From NCBI RefSeq assembly GCF_036321535.1, contig NC_087436.1, positions 60,886,001-60,950,000 on the forward strand: DNA of 64,000 bases, read 5' to 3'. Origin of the DNA: Camelus dromedarius (lineage: Eukaryota). Positions 60,460-64,000 of this stretch are shown one piece after another (within the stretch, counting starts at the first letter, position 1; each line of letters starts with the position of its first letter). The notes beneath the pieces were generated by a model that saw only the letters and a program-made list of their open reading frames with translations, was not told where the DNA came from and ran no database searches. Made by a program: the position numbers and the translations under genes.

Positions 60460-62370
60460 TGTAAGTCTTCTTCTTTTTTTTTTTTTTTTTTTTTCTTTCT
60501 TCTTTCTGTTCTCTTTTCTTATGGTTTGATGACTAGAGAAGTTCCTTTAACATTTGTTGTAAAGCTGGTTTGGTGGTGCTGAAATCTTTTAGCTTCTGTT
60601 TATCTGTGAAGCTTTTGATTTCTCCGTCAAGTCTGAAAGAGAGCCTTGCTGGATAGAGTATTCTTGGTTGTAAGTTTCCCCCTTGCATCACTTTAAATAT
60701 ATCATGCCACTCCCTTCTGGCCTGTAAAGTTTCTGCTGAAAAATCAGCTGATAACCTTATGGGAGTTCCTTTGTATGTTATGTGTTGCTTTTCTCTTGCT
60801 AATTTTAATATTTTCTCCTTATCCTTAATTGTTGTCAATTTGATGACTATGTGCCTTGGTGTGTTCCTCTTTGGGTTGATCCTGTGTGGTACTCTCTGTG
60901 CTTCCAGGACTTGGGTGACTATTTCCCTTCCCAAGTTGGGCAAGTTTTCAGTGATTATCTCTCCAAAAATTTTCTCAGGTCTTTTCTCTTTCCCTTCTCT
61001 TTCTGGGACCCCTATAATGCAAATATTAATGCATTTCATGTTTTCCCAGAGTTCTCTTAAACTGTCCTCATGTCTTTTCATTCTTTTTCCTTTTTTCTGT
61101 TCTGCAGTAGTGATTTCTACTAATCTGTCTTCTGGCTCACTGATCCGTTCTTCTGCCTAATCATTTAGTCTGTTCTTGGTTCCTTCTAGTGTGTTATTCA
61201 TTTCAGTGATTTTATTCTTCAACTGTTTGGGTATTCTTTATATTTTCCAACTCTTTGCTAAAAACTTCACTCTGTGCATCTATATTCCTCTTGAGTTCTC
61301 TGAACATCTTGGCCATCAGTACTTCAAACTCTTTCTCAGATAAATTGCCTATGTCCTCATCACTTATTTCTTCTTCTGGGATTTTATCTTGTGCCTTGGC
61401 CTGGGAGATACTTCTTTGCCTCCTTATATTGTCTATCTCTCTATGTGTTTGTGGATTCCTTCCACAGGCTTTGGGATTGTTGTTTTCTTATTTCTAGTTA
61501 TCTGCCCCTGGTGGATGAGGCTGGTCTAGAGGCTTATGCAGGTTTCCTGGCAGGAGGAGCCGGTGCCTGCCCACTGCTGGGTGAAACCTGGTCCTGGACC
61601 TCTGGTGGGTAGGAGGTCTGTGTCTAGAGGCCTTTGTGGCTTAGGAGGTCTGCTGATGGGTGGGGCTGTGTTCCCACCCTTCTGTTGTTTGGCCTGAGAC
61701 TTCCCTACAGGCTGTTGGGTGGGGCTTGGTCTTGGTGCTAATGATTCAATCAAGATGTCAGCCTCCAGGAAAGCTCCTGTAGATGAACACTCCCAGAAAT
61801 GTCCGCCACGAGCTTTTATGTCCCCTGGGTGAACTGCAGCCTTCCCCCACGTCTCCAGGAGACCCTCCAAATCCAGCAGGCAGGCCTGGCCCAGGTTTCA
61901 ATGAAATCACTGCCTCTGCCCTTGGACCTGGTGCACACGAGTTTGCATGTATGCTTCCCAAGCGAATGTAGTCTCTTTCCCCTAGCCGCATGGGCCTCCT
62001 GGAACTGTGCCCCGTTGGCCTTCAGAACCAGATGTCCTGGGGTCTCCTTCTCTTCCCAGTGCTGGAACCTGAGCTAGGGAGCCTGACGTGGGGCTTAGAG
62101 CTCTCACTTCTGTGGGAGGGCCTCTGCGACTTAACTGTTCTTCAGCTTGTGGGTCACCCACCCGGGTGTATGGGGCCCAGTTATACCGCGAGCATGCCCC
62201 TCCTACCATCCTGTTGTGCTTCCGTCTTTATGTTTCCAGTTGCAAAAGATCTTTTTTGCTAGGTTCCAGTCTTTTTTTTGATGATTGTTTATCATTCAGT
62301 TGTGGTTTCATTGTAGTTGTGAGGAGAGGCGAGCTCTTGGTCCTACCACTCTGCCATCTTGACTGGAAAA
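60460..62370 (-). mobile_element. L1 5'UTR plus ORF1, antisense in POLR2B intron 3
   Basis: ORF1 C-terminal 182 aa open (60533-61081: RNTPRHIVIKL, QPRILYPARLSF); GC-richer 5'UTR; YY1 site CAAGATGGC at the 5' end (62353-62361). Confidence 0.92.
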
Positions 62371-63304
62371 TCCATGAAGCATTGTTTTAAAAATGTTGCT
62401 TTGGAAGTGATGTTTCTTTGGAGTGGGAAGAGGCTGGAGGCAGATAAAAATCTTGAAATAATTTTCAGTAAGTTTCAGATAATAATAATAACTAACGTGA
62501 TGGTGGAAATGAGAAGTTGGATGACTGAATTCCTTTTGGTTCATTATCACCATGAGTTCTCTTTGCTTTTTACTCACTCCAGTTTGGGAAACTTGGGTAT
62601 CAGGAGTTTTCCTTTAGTGGTCAGCTTCGTTCCATCTTTTTCTTTACTGAGATTTGATTTGAGAGGAATCCGCTATCCATTTAGCTGTGGAAAGTTCTCA
62701 TGGATTTAGTTTTATTGGGTAGCAAATAGATATTTAATAAACTTTTCTTTTTTCCTCTTTTTGTTTTTTTAAGGTGGGCTGAGTCAGCCAAGGTTAGAAA
62801 TTCTCATATCTTTATGTAGAATAGTAATTAGTATTTTCTGTATGTTTAATTGGAGAGCTTAGGTTTACTTTTTCTATGTTCTGTTGATTAGTTGAGAGCA
62901 TGTTTCTAATTGTTTGAATGTGTATTTTTTTTATTTTCTGGTAACTTTGTATACCTGACCAGAACTAAGGAGAGGGCGCATGAAATGGCTATATAGATCG
63001 TTACTTAAATCCATTTCAGTTATTTGATATGAACTCAGAGCATATGATGTGTGCTTAGTCTTTATTTAGTTGTGATATGCTAAGTTTCTTTTTGTCTTCC
63101 ATCTTAAGAAAATGATGAAGTATAAAACTTGACATCTTTGGAATATGGATGTTAACTTTAGAGAGTCCTCATTTTAGTAAAGTGATTAATTTTGGCATTT
63201 TCTAGATCTGTTTCTACTCAAAATGTTGATGTCAATTAAAATGGAATCAGATCTTTTATGGAAAAAATTATTTACCCTTTTCATGGTTTTTGGTTTTATT
63301 TTAG

Positions 63305-63418
<114 letters not shown>

Positions 63419-63470
63419 TAAGAAAAAAATTTTTTTCCAGCAATTCTGGAAAATACAATTCTGAAGATAA

Positions 63471-63761
<291 letters not shown>

Positions 63762-64000
63762 TGATAGCATTATTTTTAAAAAATTACAAAATAATCATTA
63801 AGATTTAAATTGTGAAAGTTGAAATTAAAAGGTAAACTTTTCTATTGAATTTCTATTAAACCGTAACTTTATTTAGCTGTGTATGATATATGCACTGGAA
63901 ATTTATGTGGTCAGTTGTTTGAACTTAGTTGTTTCTGTGAAGCATTTTTGCAAAATGGAGTTTGTAAACGTCAAGAATTGATGTTTCGTTGAGGTTGTAT

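Overview
Mammalian genomic DNA, probably a camelid judging by tRNA-Ala-derived Vic-1-like SINEs, containing the conserved REST-NOA1-POLR2B cluster. REST (+): CpG-island promoter and non-coding exon 1 (~6580-6902), coding exons 13615-14509, 17317-17400 and 21148-23084 (971 aa, 9 C2H2 zinc fingers), the neural frameshifting exon N at 20226-20287, and a ~3.6 kb 3'UTR. NOA1 (-): 7 coding exons, 48527 to 37799, 694 aa circularly permuted mitochondrial GTPase, convergent with REST. POLR2B (+): exons 1-5 (49381-63758, 192 codons; the gene continues past the window), head-to-head with NOA1 across a shared CpG-island promoter. Introns and intergenic DNA hold solo LTRs, a full-span Tigger2-type transposon with a nested ORF2-deleted L1, several L1 pieces, SINEs, MER20, MaLR and L2. 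I found no prokaryotic-type system and no convincing new protein-coding gene. The best leads are a possibly spliced ORF1-only L1, a compressed RE1 site in REST's own intron 1, a candidate distal REST exon antisense inside NOA1, and substitutions in REST degradation motifs. Repeat family names and human comparisons are from recall, not from database searches.
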